Source of the DNA: an uncultured virus (IMG/VR IMGVR_UViG_3300025126_000736)
Taxonomy: Duplodnaviria > Heunggongvirae > Uroviricota > Caudoviricetes
Reading direction: 5' to 3' (one strand)
IMG/VR virus record: IMGVR_UViG_3300025126_000736
DNA length: 57,774 bases
Shown: in pieces, positions 18,272-26,441 of the stretch
Layout: every line of letters begins with the position of its first letter
Numbering within the stretch: the stretch's first letter is position 1
The notes under the pieces: generated by a model
What the model saw: the letters and a program-made list of their open reading frames with translations, nothing else
Databases searched by the model: none
What the model was told of the DNA's origin: nothing
Made by a program: the position numbers and the translations under genes

Positions 18272-18766
18272 TTAAAACTTATTTATTTTTGTATGCATTT
18301 TATGAGCAATTTCAACCTCTTTTAGTGATTCAAATGGCTCCCCTAAGTACCAAAACCGACTATTATCAAGTGAGTCAGAACCATAATAACCATCTATAAT
18401 GGCGCAGCTATTATGCCTGCTAAGTAATCCGTTATGAAAAGATCTATCCTCTTTTGTAAGCTCAAGATTATAGGAGTGAGGATAGGTTTTGTATAATGAA
18501 ATGAATTGATAAGTAATGTTATCAATAATAACAGTTTCAGGAGCAGACCAAAATTCCAAAAATGTAGATAGATAGTGTTTTTTATATAATAGATATATTG
18601 TAAAACCAATTGGTAAAAAAAATAAAATAGAAGTAATGATTTTTAATTCAAAAATAAAATAAAACAAATATGTAATTGTAATAAATATAGACACGATTGT
18701 ATACTTAATCAATTTAAGATGTTTTTTTATATTGCTTACATTTGAATAATCTGACAAATTTTTCAA
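18272..18766 (-). CDS. Membrane protein, paralog of 19374..19886
   Basis: Two TM helices; shared FWS.P.TV.I.NITYQFI; ends TKINKF. Confidence 0.65.
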   Translation of the reverse strand: MKNLSDYSNVSNIKKHLKLIKYTIVSIFITITYLFYFIFELKIITSILFFLPIGFTIYLLYKKHYLSTFLEFWSAPETVIIDNITYQFISLYKTYPHSYNLELTKEDRSFHNGLLSRHNSCAIIDGYYGSDSLDNSRFWYLGEPFESLKEVEIAHKMHTKINKF

Positions 18767-18781
18767 AGTTTTACTTCCTGA

Positions 18782-19358
18782 TTAAATTCTTAACTGAGGA
18801 TAAGATTTAATAATTTGAAAATAAAGGTTCCCTAAAAGAAAGCCAACTAAATGACCTTGCCAAAATATTGGTAAGTCAAAATATAGTACAACTGCATGGA
18901 ATATTCCTAGAAAAATAAGGTTGCTAATGATAATTTTAATTATCATGAATCTTAAAATAAATCCAAGCGCAAAAAAGGCAATACTAGAATATCCAATAGC
19001 AAGAGCATCACTGTCTAGTGCGTAAAGAAAAAAACTAGATAAAATTGAAATAGGAATGCCAGATACAAATAAAATTAAAAATTGCTCTTTATTGGAGCAA
19101 AGATGTCTAATGGTTGAAGAAATTTGAATAATAAAAAATAAATTAAAAAAACATATGTATGTATCCAGCATGCATAAAGTTACTAAGAATAAGGGAAAGA
19201 GGGTAGTCAATAATACTATTTTTGGATAACGCCACCTGCTCAACTGGAATAAGTGAATGATCCAGTCCATATTTTAAAGCAAAAAACAATGAAATATTAA
19301 CTAGGAAAACCAGCGAAATAACAATGTGCTTTGATTTATCTTGTATGAATTGTTCCAA
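18782..19358 (-). pseudogene. Rhomboid-family protease, frameshifted in a T7 run
   Basis: 5' frame FMHAGYIHMFF; 3' frame NLFF...IGYSS...GHLVGFLLG; removing one T at 19145..19151 joins them (HMFFN). Confidence 0.7.
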
Positions 19359-19373
19359 TGTAAACCCCTTGTA

Positions 19374-19886
19374 TTAATTAAATTGAGTAAGATTTTTTTG
19401 TAATTGATAGGCAGTCTTGACAGAATGCAAGGAATTATATTGTTGTCCTAAAAACCAATAACGTTCTTTTTCTTGAATATTTGTTTTAAAAAAACCATCT
19501 TGTATCGCTTCCGCATTGTGCATGCTAAGTAGACCATTTTGAAAATAACGTTTTTCCTGCTCAACAACGTTATTGCCATAAGGGTAATGCTGATATAATA
19601 AAATAAATTGATAAGTTATATTATTAATGACAACGGTATATGGTTCAGACCAAAAACTATCAAACTTAGATAGGTAATGTTTATTATATATAATAACTAA
19701 GGGAAGTACTATAATTATAGGAAAAACAAGTGATAACAAAGGATGGAAATCAAGATAAAAGTACAGGAAAATAAAAGTAGAAATAGTCAAAAATAATGAA
19801 CTATATTCTATTTTATCAAGATGATTTTTCATATTTTTTGTATTAGTATAATCTGATAATTTTTTCAAGGCCAAGCCCTTTTGCAT
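19374..19886 (-). CDS. Membrane protein, paralog of 18272..18766
   Basis: Ends KNLTQFN. Confidence 0.65.
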   Translation of the reverse strand: MQKGLALKKLSDYTNTKNMKNHLDKIEYSSLFLTISTFIFLYFYLDFHPLLSLVFPIIIVLPLVIIYNKHYLSKFDSFWSEPYTVVINNITYQFILLYQHYPYGNNVVEQEKRYFQNGLLSMHNAEAIQDGFFKTNIQEKERYWFLGQQYNSLHSVKTAYQLQKNLTQFN

Positions 19887-19938
19887 TTATTTTGTAATAA
19901 TATTATAATATGAAATCGTGTTTATTGCAAGTAATTAT

Positions 19939-20667
19939 TTATTCACAAATGTCATTTACCGTTACTTTTTGAGTTGTTTGAGCAATATAGACAATGATGC
20001 TGTTATTTGATACGCCATTGCAAAATGGGCTATTTAATTTTGGTTTTTTTGTATATTGTGAAGGGCTATCAATTCTGACTGGATAATCTTTTGATTCCAT
20101 AATTGCCAAATTAGATAGAGGAGATAAATCTTTTAAGTTGGGATTTCCAAAAATAAATAATCCATTTTGAGCTTTTATTATATTTTTAAGACCTTCAATG
20201 CTGACTAGATTATTATTATGAAGATACATGACATTTATCTCTAGAATATTAATTGCACCGTCAACATTATTGAGATTATTGTCATAAAAAAGAAATGCAT
20301 CGGCAGATTCTACTCCCTTTAAAAAATCAACATTAGTAATATTACTATTGGTTACTTTAAAATAGCCAATTTGTTTAACACCTAAATTTTCATTTGGAAA
20401 TTCTGATTCTTCAATATTATCAAGGATTATATTCGTTCCATTGATACCCCATCTCCAATTTTGAATAAAATCATTAATATTGGTAATTCCTTTTGATTCA
20501 AAAAACCTAATCCAGTTATCACTTTTTTCAATATTATTGTAGTTTGAGTCGATATTTTTTTGTACAACAACATCTGAATTGCTAGGTATTTTAATTATAT
20601 AGGACGTAGCATTAATTGAAAGCGGTATCAATAAAAGTAAAATTAATTTAATCATCTTTTTTATCAT
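19939..20667 (-). CDS. Secreted leucine-rich-repeat protein with shared post-signal motif
   Basis: Signal peptide; SYIIKIPSN; LRR-like NNLNNVDG, NNLVSIEGL, NPNLKDLSPLSNL. Confidence 0.7.
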   Translation of the reverse strand: MIKKMIKLILLLLIPLSINATSYIIKIPSNSDVVVQKNIDSNYNNIEKSDNWIRFFESKGITNINDFIQNWRWGINGTNIILDNIEESEFPNENLGVKQIGYFKVTNSNITNVDFLKGVESADAFLFYDNNLNNVDGAINILEINVMYLHNNNLVSIEGLKNIIKAQNGLFIFGNPNLKDLSPLSNLAIMESKDYPVRIDSPSQYTKKPKLNSPFCNGVSNNSIIVYIAQTTQKVTVNDICE

Positions 20668-20812
20668 CTTTGTTTGTTCCTGGTTAAGTGAGTATACATA
20701 TGCTTATACATACATATATATCATTAATTTCAAGATAGTAAAGTATATTTAATTTGCTTGGTAATTACTTTTGTGTTAAAATCAATAAAATTTTTAATAT
20801 CTGGAGCTTAAA

Positions 20813-21943
20813 ATGGTGTGGACTCAAAAAGATATAGGTAATATGATGAATGAAGATATTGATAAAGTGTTTGATTATTGTTTAAATGATGAAATTAATC
20901 TTTTTGATTATGATATGTCTTCGTTTTATAAAATATTATCCTCTAAAAATATAAGGTTTATTGAAATGTTAGATTCAAAAAATAAGTACAATAAAAACAT
21001 ATACAATTCTGATTTATTAAAGAATGCAGTGTATTTTGAGTCAGAAAAAATAGTTGAATTTATATTGAAGGATAAATCATTTAATATTGAGAATGAAGTG
21101 AAATATCGAATATTGGAAAACGCAGTGCATCTTGAAAAGCCAGATATTTTTAAATTATTAATGGCTGACGAAAGAATGGGTGACTTAGATGGTGTTAAGT
21201 TTACGAAATTATTGACGGGTTATATTGATAATCTGGAAATTTTAGAAATGTTGTTAAAAAATAATAAAGTGACCCCTTCTTATGATGTTTCAAATATATT
21301 ATCAAGTATTATTGGTAATAAAAGGATTCCTGATTCTGTTATTCATAATCATGTAAAAGTTATTTTAGATAGCAATAAAGTAAATCCAGTTGAAATAAAT
21401 AATGAGCCATTAAAAAAAGCTTGTCAGCTTGGCTATATTAAGGTTGTTAAGCTTTTATTGGCAGATCCTCGCATAAATCCACAGCAAAACATAGAAGAAT
21501 CATTATATTATGCTTCAAAAAATTGTCATTATGATATTATTATGTTGTTAATGAATGATAGTAGAATTACTGTAAAAGATGAAGATAATGATATATTTGA
21601 GGGAGCTTGTGTTTATGGAAATATCAAGTTGGTTGAGTTTTGGTTAGAAAATAAAATAACAACAAATAGAAATAAATCAGCGGGATTTTATCTTGCATGT
21701 AAAGAAGGTCATTATGAAATTGCTAAATTATTAATGAATAAAACGAAGATAAAAGTAAATGATTCATATCTTTGTTGTATAATGGATGCAATAGATTCAA
21801 AGCAATTCGAAATCGCAGAATTGTTATGGGATAATAAAAATATAAGAGAATTTTTAAAAAACACATACATTGAAGACTATAATGAGGCGTCTAAAATTAT
21901 ATTAAAAAGGAAAGTAGAGAGAAATATAAATGCATTTAATTAG
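20813..21943 (+). CDS. Ankyrin-repeat protein
   Basis: ACQLGYIKVVKLLLADPRINP, ACKEGHYEIAKLLM; ends RNINAFN. Confidence 0.85.
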   Translation: MVWTQKDIGNMMNEDIDKVFDYCLNDEINLFDYDMSSFYKILSSKNIRFIEMLDSKNKYNKNIYNSDLLKNAVYFESEKIVEFILKDKSFNIENEVKYRILENAVHLEKPDIFKLLMADERMGDLDGVKFTKLLTGYIDNLEILEMLLKNNKVTPSYDVSNILSSIIGNKRIPDSVIHNHVKVILDSNKVNPVEINNEPLKKACQLGYIKVVKLLLADPRINPQQNIEESLYYASKNCHYDIIMLLMNDSRITVKDEDNDIFEGACVYGNIKLVEFWLENKITTNRNKSAGFYLACKEGHYEIAKLLMNKTKIKVNDSYLCCIMDAIDSKQFEIAELLWDNKNIREFLKNTYIEDYNEASKIILKRKVERNINAFN

Positions 21944-22218
21944 CCAAAAAGAAGAGTCTTTGATAAGAAAAATATATTTAAAAATTATTATAAAATTTTA
22001 TTATATTTTTTTATTAATGAAATTATCGTTTGAATTAAATTTTAATGCAATATTAAAATATACAGATAGACCTTTATTGTTTGCATTATATGTTAAAAGT
22101 GATATATTTCTGAGATTATTGATAAATAATTATTTTAGTAATAATGATTATATGGAGGCTGTCACCAGAGCTATAAGATCTAGTGAAGTTAATGCATTAA
22201 AAATACTTATTAATAATA

Positions 22219-22440
22219 GTGAATAACCACACCCTAAAGGATGTGGCTTATTATTGAAGCCAAATTCTTAGGACTCAAGTTGCTTCGGCTTCTTGTGGTT
22301 ATTTTAATCCCACGTTTTAGTTGAAAAACTAAAGTATGATATGAGTATTACCTACAAATTTTTCCAGTTTGTAGCACTATTAACCTTATATCAAGGGTAG
22401 GAAAAAAAATAACAACCTTCGGGTTGATTTAACGTAAATA
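22219..22440 (+). ncRNA. IscB omegaRNA scaffold
   Basis: Structured non-coding region 5' of iscB (AATAACCAC pairs with GTGGTTATT); conserved in three other loci. Confidence 0.8.
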
Positions 22441-22445
22441 AGAGG

Positions 22446-23978
22446 ATGATAATGCAAAAAAGCAAAAGTAATGATGAGCAATATTACGTTTATGTCCAAG
22501 ACATAGATGGAACTCCGCTTATGCCGACCAAACGTTTTCGCAAAGTGAGACTTTTATTAAAAAAAGGTGAGGCGAAAGTCGTTTCTTACGATCCTTTCAC
22601 CATTAAAATGCTTTATAATGTAGGGAAAGAAGTTCAGACGCTTAATTTGGGCATTGATACAGGCACATCAAATATTGGCGTTTCTGTCACAACAAACGAA
22701 GGTAAAGAATTACTTTCTTCTACATTTAAAACAAACACATTAAAGATAAAAGGCACTATGGAAAAACGCCTTTCCCATAGACACACAAGAACACGATTCA
22801 AACGAGAAAAGAAAAAACGTAGAGCTATTGCTAATAACACTCATTTTAAGGGTGTTAAAGAATTTATGGCCTATGGCGCAAAAACCACAACAAAATACAA
22901 AGTAATTCGTTCTTCAATTTGTCGTTTAGAAAAGAAAGTTAAACATGGCAAGTTATCAAATACCGCGCAACATTGCCTTGATAATCACATCAATGTAGTC
23001 AACAAAATAAAGAAAATATTACCCATTAAAAACGTAATGGTAGAATATGCTTCATTCGATCTTCATAAGTTAATTAACCCCAATGTGAAAGGCGTTGATT
23101 ATCAAAAAGGGGCGCTCTATAATGAATTAAATCATAAATCTTATGTATTGAATAGAGATGGGCATACTTGTGTTTTGTGTAACAAAAGAAAAAAAGATGA
23201 GCTTGTCGAAGTGCATCATGTTATTTATAGATCTAATGGAGGTGCAGATCATTTTAATAATCTGGTCACTTTACACAGTGAATGTCATAAAAAAGTGCAT
23301 AATGATGTTAAAATAGAGGAAAATCTTTTTAACATAATTAAACAGAAAGATATTTTAAAAGAGACGATTCAAACAAAACAAGCCACTATTTTAAACAGTA
23401 TTATGTCACGATTTTTTCTATTTTTACATAATAATTTTGAATATGTAGAAGAAACTTTTGGTTATGAAACAAAAGCAAAACGTTATGAATACGGGATTGA
23501 TAAATCGCATAGTAATGATGCATTTGTTATTTCCTTTGGCAATAATAAGCCCAAAAAATTAAGTCGTGCGATAGAAATTGAATACGAACAATTTGCCAAT
23601 AACAAGCGTGTATTCATTTATGCAACGACAAAAAGAAGGTATACTACCACTATTGATGGTAAAAAAGTCACTGTTTATAATCGAAAAAAAGCAATGAACC
23701 AAAAAGAAGATTCTCTTGAAGAGTTTAGAGAAAAATACACTCAAAAACACGTTTCTCAACTAAAAGTATTGAAAGGTACAGTTAAGTTTCAAAATCGGTC
23801 AAATTATTCGTTTGAAAAGGGAGATTTGGTCAAGCTCAATGGAAAACTAAGGGTAATTTCAGGCAATACCAATAACGGAAGGTATGTAAGACTGAAAAAT
23901 GAGGGAGCAACTAATTTCAGCCCTAAAGAGTTAACAATGCTTAACCCTCGCCAAAATTTTAGAAGGATTAATTGGTAA
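22446..23978 (+). CDS. iscB: RNA-guided endonuclease IscB
   Basis: PLMP motif (GTPLMPT), RuvC-I GIDTG, Arg-rich bridge helix, RuvC-II VEYASFD, HNH CxxC...HH...NNL...CH, RuvC-III SHSNDA. Confidence 0.95.
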   Translation: MIMQKSKSNDEQYYVYVQDIDGTPLMPTKRFRKVRLLLKKGEAKVVSYDPFTIKMLYNVGKEVQTLNLGIDTGTSNIGVSVTTNEGKELLSSTFKTNTLKIKGTMEKRLSHRHTRTRFKREKKKRRAIANNTHFKGVKEFMAYGAKTTTKYKVIRSSICRLEKKVKHGKLSNTAQHCLDNHINVVNKIKKILPIKNVMVEYASFDLHKLINPNVKGVDYQKGALYNELNHKSYVLNRDGHTCVLCNKRKKDELVEVHHVIYRSNGGADHFNNLVTLHSECHKKVHNDVKIEENLFNIIKQKDILKETIQTKQATILNSIMSRFFLFLHNNFEYVEETFGYETKAKRYEYGIDKSHSNDAFVISFGNNKPKKLSRAIEIEYEQFANNKRVFIYATTKRRYTTTIDGKKVTVYNRKKAMNQKEDSLEEFREKYTQKHVSQLKVLKGTVKFQNRSNYSFEKGDLVKLNGKLRVISGNTNNGRYVRLKNEGATNFSPKELTMLNPRQNFRRINW

Positions 23979-24461
23979 CTAAGGCGCAATTTATCCCTGA
24001 CCTGAAGGACAGGGTATTATTGCTAAAATTTGAGTACTAAATGATAAAATAGTTAATTTTTATGATTACCCATTATTAAGTATTGCATCGGTTAATGGTT
24101 GTATTGAAACTATTAAAATGTTAAGTAAAAATGATAAAGTTAGCTTAGAAGAAGGATTCCCATTATCTAGAATTATGAATGGTAGTATTTACGGAATTAA
24201 TGATAATAAAAGTGAAGTATTGGAGTATTTATGGAGTTTGAAAGAGATGCGAAATCTATTGTTTTTCTCAGATAATAAATTGCATAGGGAGTTAAAAAAT
24301 AAAGATGTGATGAGAAAGATTTCTGTTTTTTAATAAGTTGAATTTTATCGTGTTGCTATAATGTATTTAATGTTTTCGGTTTAATATGCTTATACTAGAA
24401 ATTTTACAGATAATATTAAGTATAGTAAATCAATCTAGGAGTATTCCAAAATATATAAATC

Positions 24462-24549
24462 TGGCAGAAGGTGTGAGATTCGAACTCACGGAGGAGTAAC
24501 CCTCGCTGATTTTCAAGACCAATGCCATAAACCGCTCGGCCAACCTTCT
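24462..24549 (-). tRNA. tRNA-Ser(UGA)
   Basis: Long variable arm; CT-TGA-AA loop; GCCA. Confidence 0.9.
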
Positions 24550-24554
24550 AAATT

Positions 24555-24630
24555 TGGGGTGAATGACGGGACTCGAACCCGCAACCATCTGGATCACAAC
24601 CAGAAGCTCTGCCATTGAGCTACAAGCACC
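24555..24630 (-). tRNA. tRNA-His(GUG)
   Basis: G-1/C73; TT-GTG-AT loop; two acceptor mismatches. Confidence 0.85.
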
Positions 24631-24644
24631 ATTGTGTGTAAATC

Positions 24645-24686
24645 TGGTGAAAAGGGAGGCCACTTAAACCACTCATGCACCTTTCC
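24645..24686 (-). pseudogene. Internally deleted tRNA-Ser (acceptor plus D arm only)
   Basis: Deletion between repeated CCTCCCT segments. Confidence 0.8.
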
Positions 24687-24700
24687 AAAATATATAAAAC

Positions 24701-24790
24701 TGGAGGAAGATAAGGGATTCGAACCCTTGTGCCGATCACTCGACCAACTGTTTTCAAGACAGAGCTAATAAGCCACTCTAGCAATCTTCC
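24701..24790 (-). tRNA. tRNA-Ser(UGA)
   Basis: GGAAGAT acceptor; CT-TGA-AA loop; long variable arm. Confidence 0.9.
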
Positions 24791-24808
24791 AAAATATGTA
24801 ACTAAATT

Positions 24809-24899
24809 TGGTGGAAAGGGAGGGATTCGAACCCTCGTGCCGATTTCTCGACTCACTCCTTAGTAGGGAGGCCATTTAAGCCAGCTCATGCACCTTTCC
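24809..24899 (-). tRNA. tRNA-Ser(ACU), A34 variant of Ser(GCU)
   Basis: CCTCC-CT-ACT-AA-GGAGT; otherwise identical to 25022..25112. Confidence 0.8.
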
Positions 24900-24913
24900 A
24901 AAATATATAAAAC

Positions 24914-25003
24914 TGGAGGAAGATAAGGGATTCGAACCCTTGTGCCGATCACTCGACCAACTGTTTTCAAGACAGAGCTAATAAGCCACTCTAGCAATCT
25001 TCC
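24914..25003 (-). tRNA. tRNA-Ser(UGA)
   Basis: CT-TGA-AA loop; long variable arm. Confidence 0.9.
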
Positions 25004-25021
25004 AAAATATGTAACTAAATT

Positions 25022-25112
25022 TGGTGGAAAGGGAGGGATTCGAACCCTCGTGCCGATTTCTCGACTCACTCCTTAGCAGGGAGGCCATTTAAGCCAGCTC
25101 ATGCACCTTTCC
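25022..25112 (-). tRNA. tRNA-Ser(GCU)
   Basis: CT-GCT-AA loop; long variable arm. Confidence 0.9.
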
Positions 25113-25126
25113 AAAATATATAAAAC

Positions 25127-25216
25127 TGGAGGAAGATAAGGGATTTGAACCCTCGTGCCGATTTCTCGACCATCTGTTTTCCAAACAGAGCTAATAAGCC
25201 ACTCTAGCAATCTTCC
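25127..25216 (-). tRNA. tRNA-Ser(GGA)
   Basis: TT-GGA-AA loop. Confidence 0.85.
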
Positions 25217-25234
25217 AAAATATGTAATTAAATC

Positions 25235-25324
25235 TGGTGGAAAGGGAGGGATTCGAACCCTCGTGCCGATTTCTCGACTCACTCCTTAGCAGGGAGGCCA
25301 CTTAAACCACTCATGCACCTTTCC
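25235..25324 (-). tRNA. tRNA-Ser(GCU)
   Basis: CT-GCT-AA loop. Confidence 0.9.
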
Positions 25325-25338
25325 AAAATATATAAAAC

Positions 25339-25428
25339 TGGAGGAAGATAAGGGATTTGAACCCTTGTGCCGATTTCTCGACCATCTGTTTTCCAAACAG
25401 AGCTAATAAGCCACTCTAGCAATCTTCC
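25339..25428 (-). tRNA. tRNA-Ser(GGA)
   Basis: TT-GGA-AA loop. Confidence 0.9.
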
Positions 25429-25446
25429 AAAATATGTAATTAAATC

Positions 25447-25488
25447 TGGTGGAAAGGGAGGCCACTTAAACCACTCATGCACCTTTCC
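25447..25488 (-). pseudogene. Internally deleted tRNA-Ser (acceptor plus D arm only)
   Basis: Same deletion as 24645..24686. Confidence 0.8.
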
Positions 25489-25502
25489 AAAATATATAAA
25501 AC

Positions 25503-25592
25503 TGGAGGAAGATAAGGGATTTGAACCCTTGTGCCGATCACTCGACCAACTGTTTTCAAGACAGAGCTAATAAGCCACTCTAGCAATCTTCC
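25503..25592 (-). tRNA. tRNA-Ser(UGA)
   Basis: CT-TGA-AA loop. Confidence 0.9.
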
Positions 25593-25606
25593 AAAATATG
25601 TAAATC

Positions 25607-25694
25607 TGGCAGAAGATGTGAGATTCGAACTCACGGAGGAGTAACCCTCGCTGGGTTTCAAGACCAGTGCCATAAACCGCTCGGCCAATCTTCT
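25607..25694 (-). tRNA. tRNA-Ser(UGA)
   Basis: AGAAGAT acceptor; CT-TGA-AA loop; GCCA. Confidence 0.88.
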
Positions 25695-25699
25695 AAATT

Positions 25700-25775
25700 T
25701 GGGGTGCATGACGGGACTCGAACCCGCAACCATCTGGATCACAACCAGAAGCTCTGCCATTGAGCTACAAACACC
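25700..25775 (-). tRNA. tRNA-His(GUG)
   Basis: G-1/C73; TT-GTG-AT loop. Confidence 0.9.
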
Positions 25776-25789
25776 ATTGTATGTAAATA

Positions 25790-25880
25790 TGGTGGAAAGG
25801 GAGGGATTCGAACCCTCGTGCCGATTTTTCGGCTCACTCCTTAGCAGGGAGGCCATTTAAGCCATCTCATGCACCCTTCC
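25790..25880 (-). tRNA. tRNA-Ser(GCU)
   Basis: First in transcription order; CT-GCT-AA loop. Confidence 0.9.
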
Positions 25881-25890
25881 AAAATTTCAT

Positions 25891-25926
25891 AAAAAACCCT
25901 CTTTAAGTGTAACCTAAAGAGGGTTT
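25891..25926 (-). terminator. Attenuator-type terminator directly 5' of the Ser/His tRNA block
   Basis: AAACCCTCTTTAGG-loop-CTTAAAGAGGGTTT-TTT. Confidence 0.88.
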
Positions 25927-25976
25927 CTTTAAGGTTAGTTTATCAATGACAAACTAACCTATATAGAGGTAGTCTA

Positions 25977-26039
25977 TCAAATATGTTTGCTACTCGAATG
26001 TAGCGAATAAGCGCTGTAATGTGAATTAATGTTTTTCAT
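25977..26039 (-). CDS. Putative Ser/His-sensing leader peptide MKNINSHYSAYSLHSSSKHI
   Basis: AAGGT SD; 6 Ser and 3 His codons in 20; followed by alternative hairpins and a terminator. Confidence 0.82.
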   Translation of the reverse strand: MKNINSHYSAYSLHSSSKHI

Positions 26040-26081
26040 TTTAGTTAATACCTTTTAGTGTGTGTCTCTATTATGTTTAAC

Positions 26082-26110
26082 ATTATGTCATGTAAAAATC
26101 ATTATGTCAA
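26082..26110 (-). promoter_or_regulatory. Sigma70-type inner promoter of the Ser/His tRNA operon
   Basis: TTGACA-17 bp-(TGA)CATAAT; IHF consensus match AATCAATGACTTA at 26137..26149. Confidence 0.75.
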
Positions 26111-26190
26111 TAGTTTTTTTAAATATTTTTCAATTAAATCAATGACTTAAAATAAAAATAGCATTACCCCTCATTAATAAAAAAATGCAT

Positions 26191-26223
26191 AAAAAAAACC
26201 TTGAAGTTTTGCCTTCAAGGTTT
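26191..26223 (-). terminator. Terminator of outer Ser/His attenuator
   Basis: AAACCTTGAAG-loop-CTTCAAGGTTT-TTTTT. Confidence 0.85.
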
Positions 26224-26280
26224 AAAATTGCAATAATTTTATGTTGAAGGCTTGTCTTGACAAACCTTCGTAAACGAAGT

Positions 26281-26364
26281 TTAAGTTTGCATTAGACATA
26301 GGAAAACGGAACTAGAAGAACTAGAACTCGAATGACTATGTGAATGTGCTTTAAAATTAAACAT
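26281..26364 (-). CDS. Putative outer Ser/His-sensing leader peptide MFNFKAHSHSHSSSSSSSSVFLCLMQT
   Basis: AAGGCG SD; 13 consecutive His/Ser codons using mixed Ser codons (TCA, AGT, TCG, TCT, TCC); hairpins and a terminator follow. Confidence 0.85.
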   Translation of the reverse strand: MFNFKAHSHSHSSSSSSSSVFLCLMQT

Positions 26365-26405
26365 TTTTTATTCGCCTTTTTAATTTAATTATTTATAATA
26401 TTTAC

Positions 26406-26434
26406 ATTGTAATATAGTTATTTAAAAATATCAA
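26406..26434 (-). promoter_or_regulatory. Sigma70-type outer promoter of the Ser/His tRNA operon
   Basis: TTGATA-17 bp-TACAAT. Confidence 0.65.
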
Positions 26435-26441
26435 GCTTTTT

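Larger units (their letters stand above)
22219..24043 (+). mobile_element. IS200/IS605-superfamily IscB (OMEGA) element without tnpA
   Basis: Left end GTGAATAACCAC, right-end hairpin ATCCCTGACCTGAAGGACAGGGTAT; both ends shared with the copy at 50825..51625. Confidence 0.9.
21930..24333 (+). pseudogene. Ankyrin-repeat gene interrupted by the IscB element
   Basis: Joining 22218 to 24044 restores the frame: ...LKILINN-N-KIVNFYDYPLLSIASVNGCIETIKMLS...RKISVF. Confidence 0.75.

Noticed and set aside
22446..23978. Cas9 / CRISPR type II call
   Set aside because: 510 aa, PLMP N-terminus, no REC lobe, no array or cas1/cas2: this is IscB
24430..25856. Repeated ORFs MSREIGTRV... and MASL...
   Set aside because: Spurious translations across the Ser/His tRNA array
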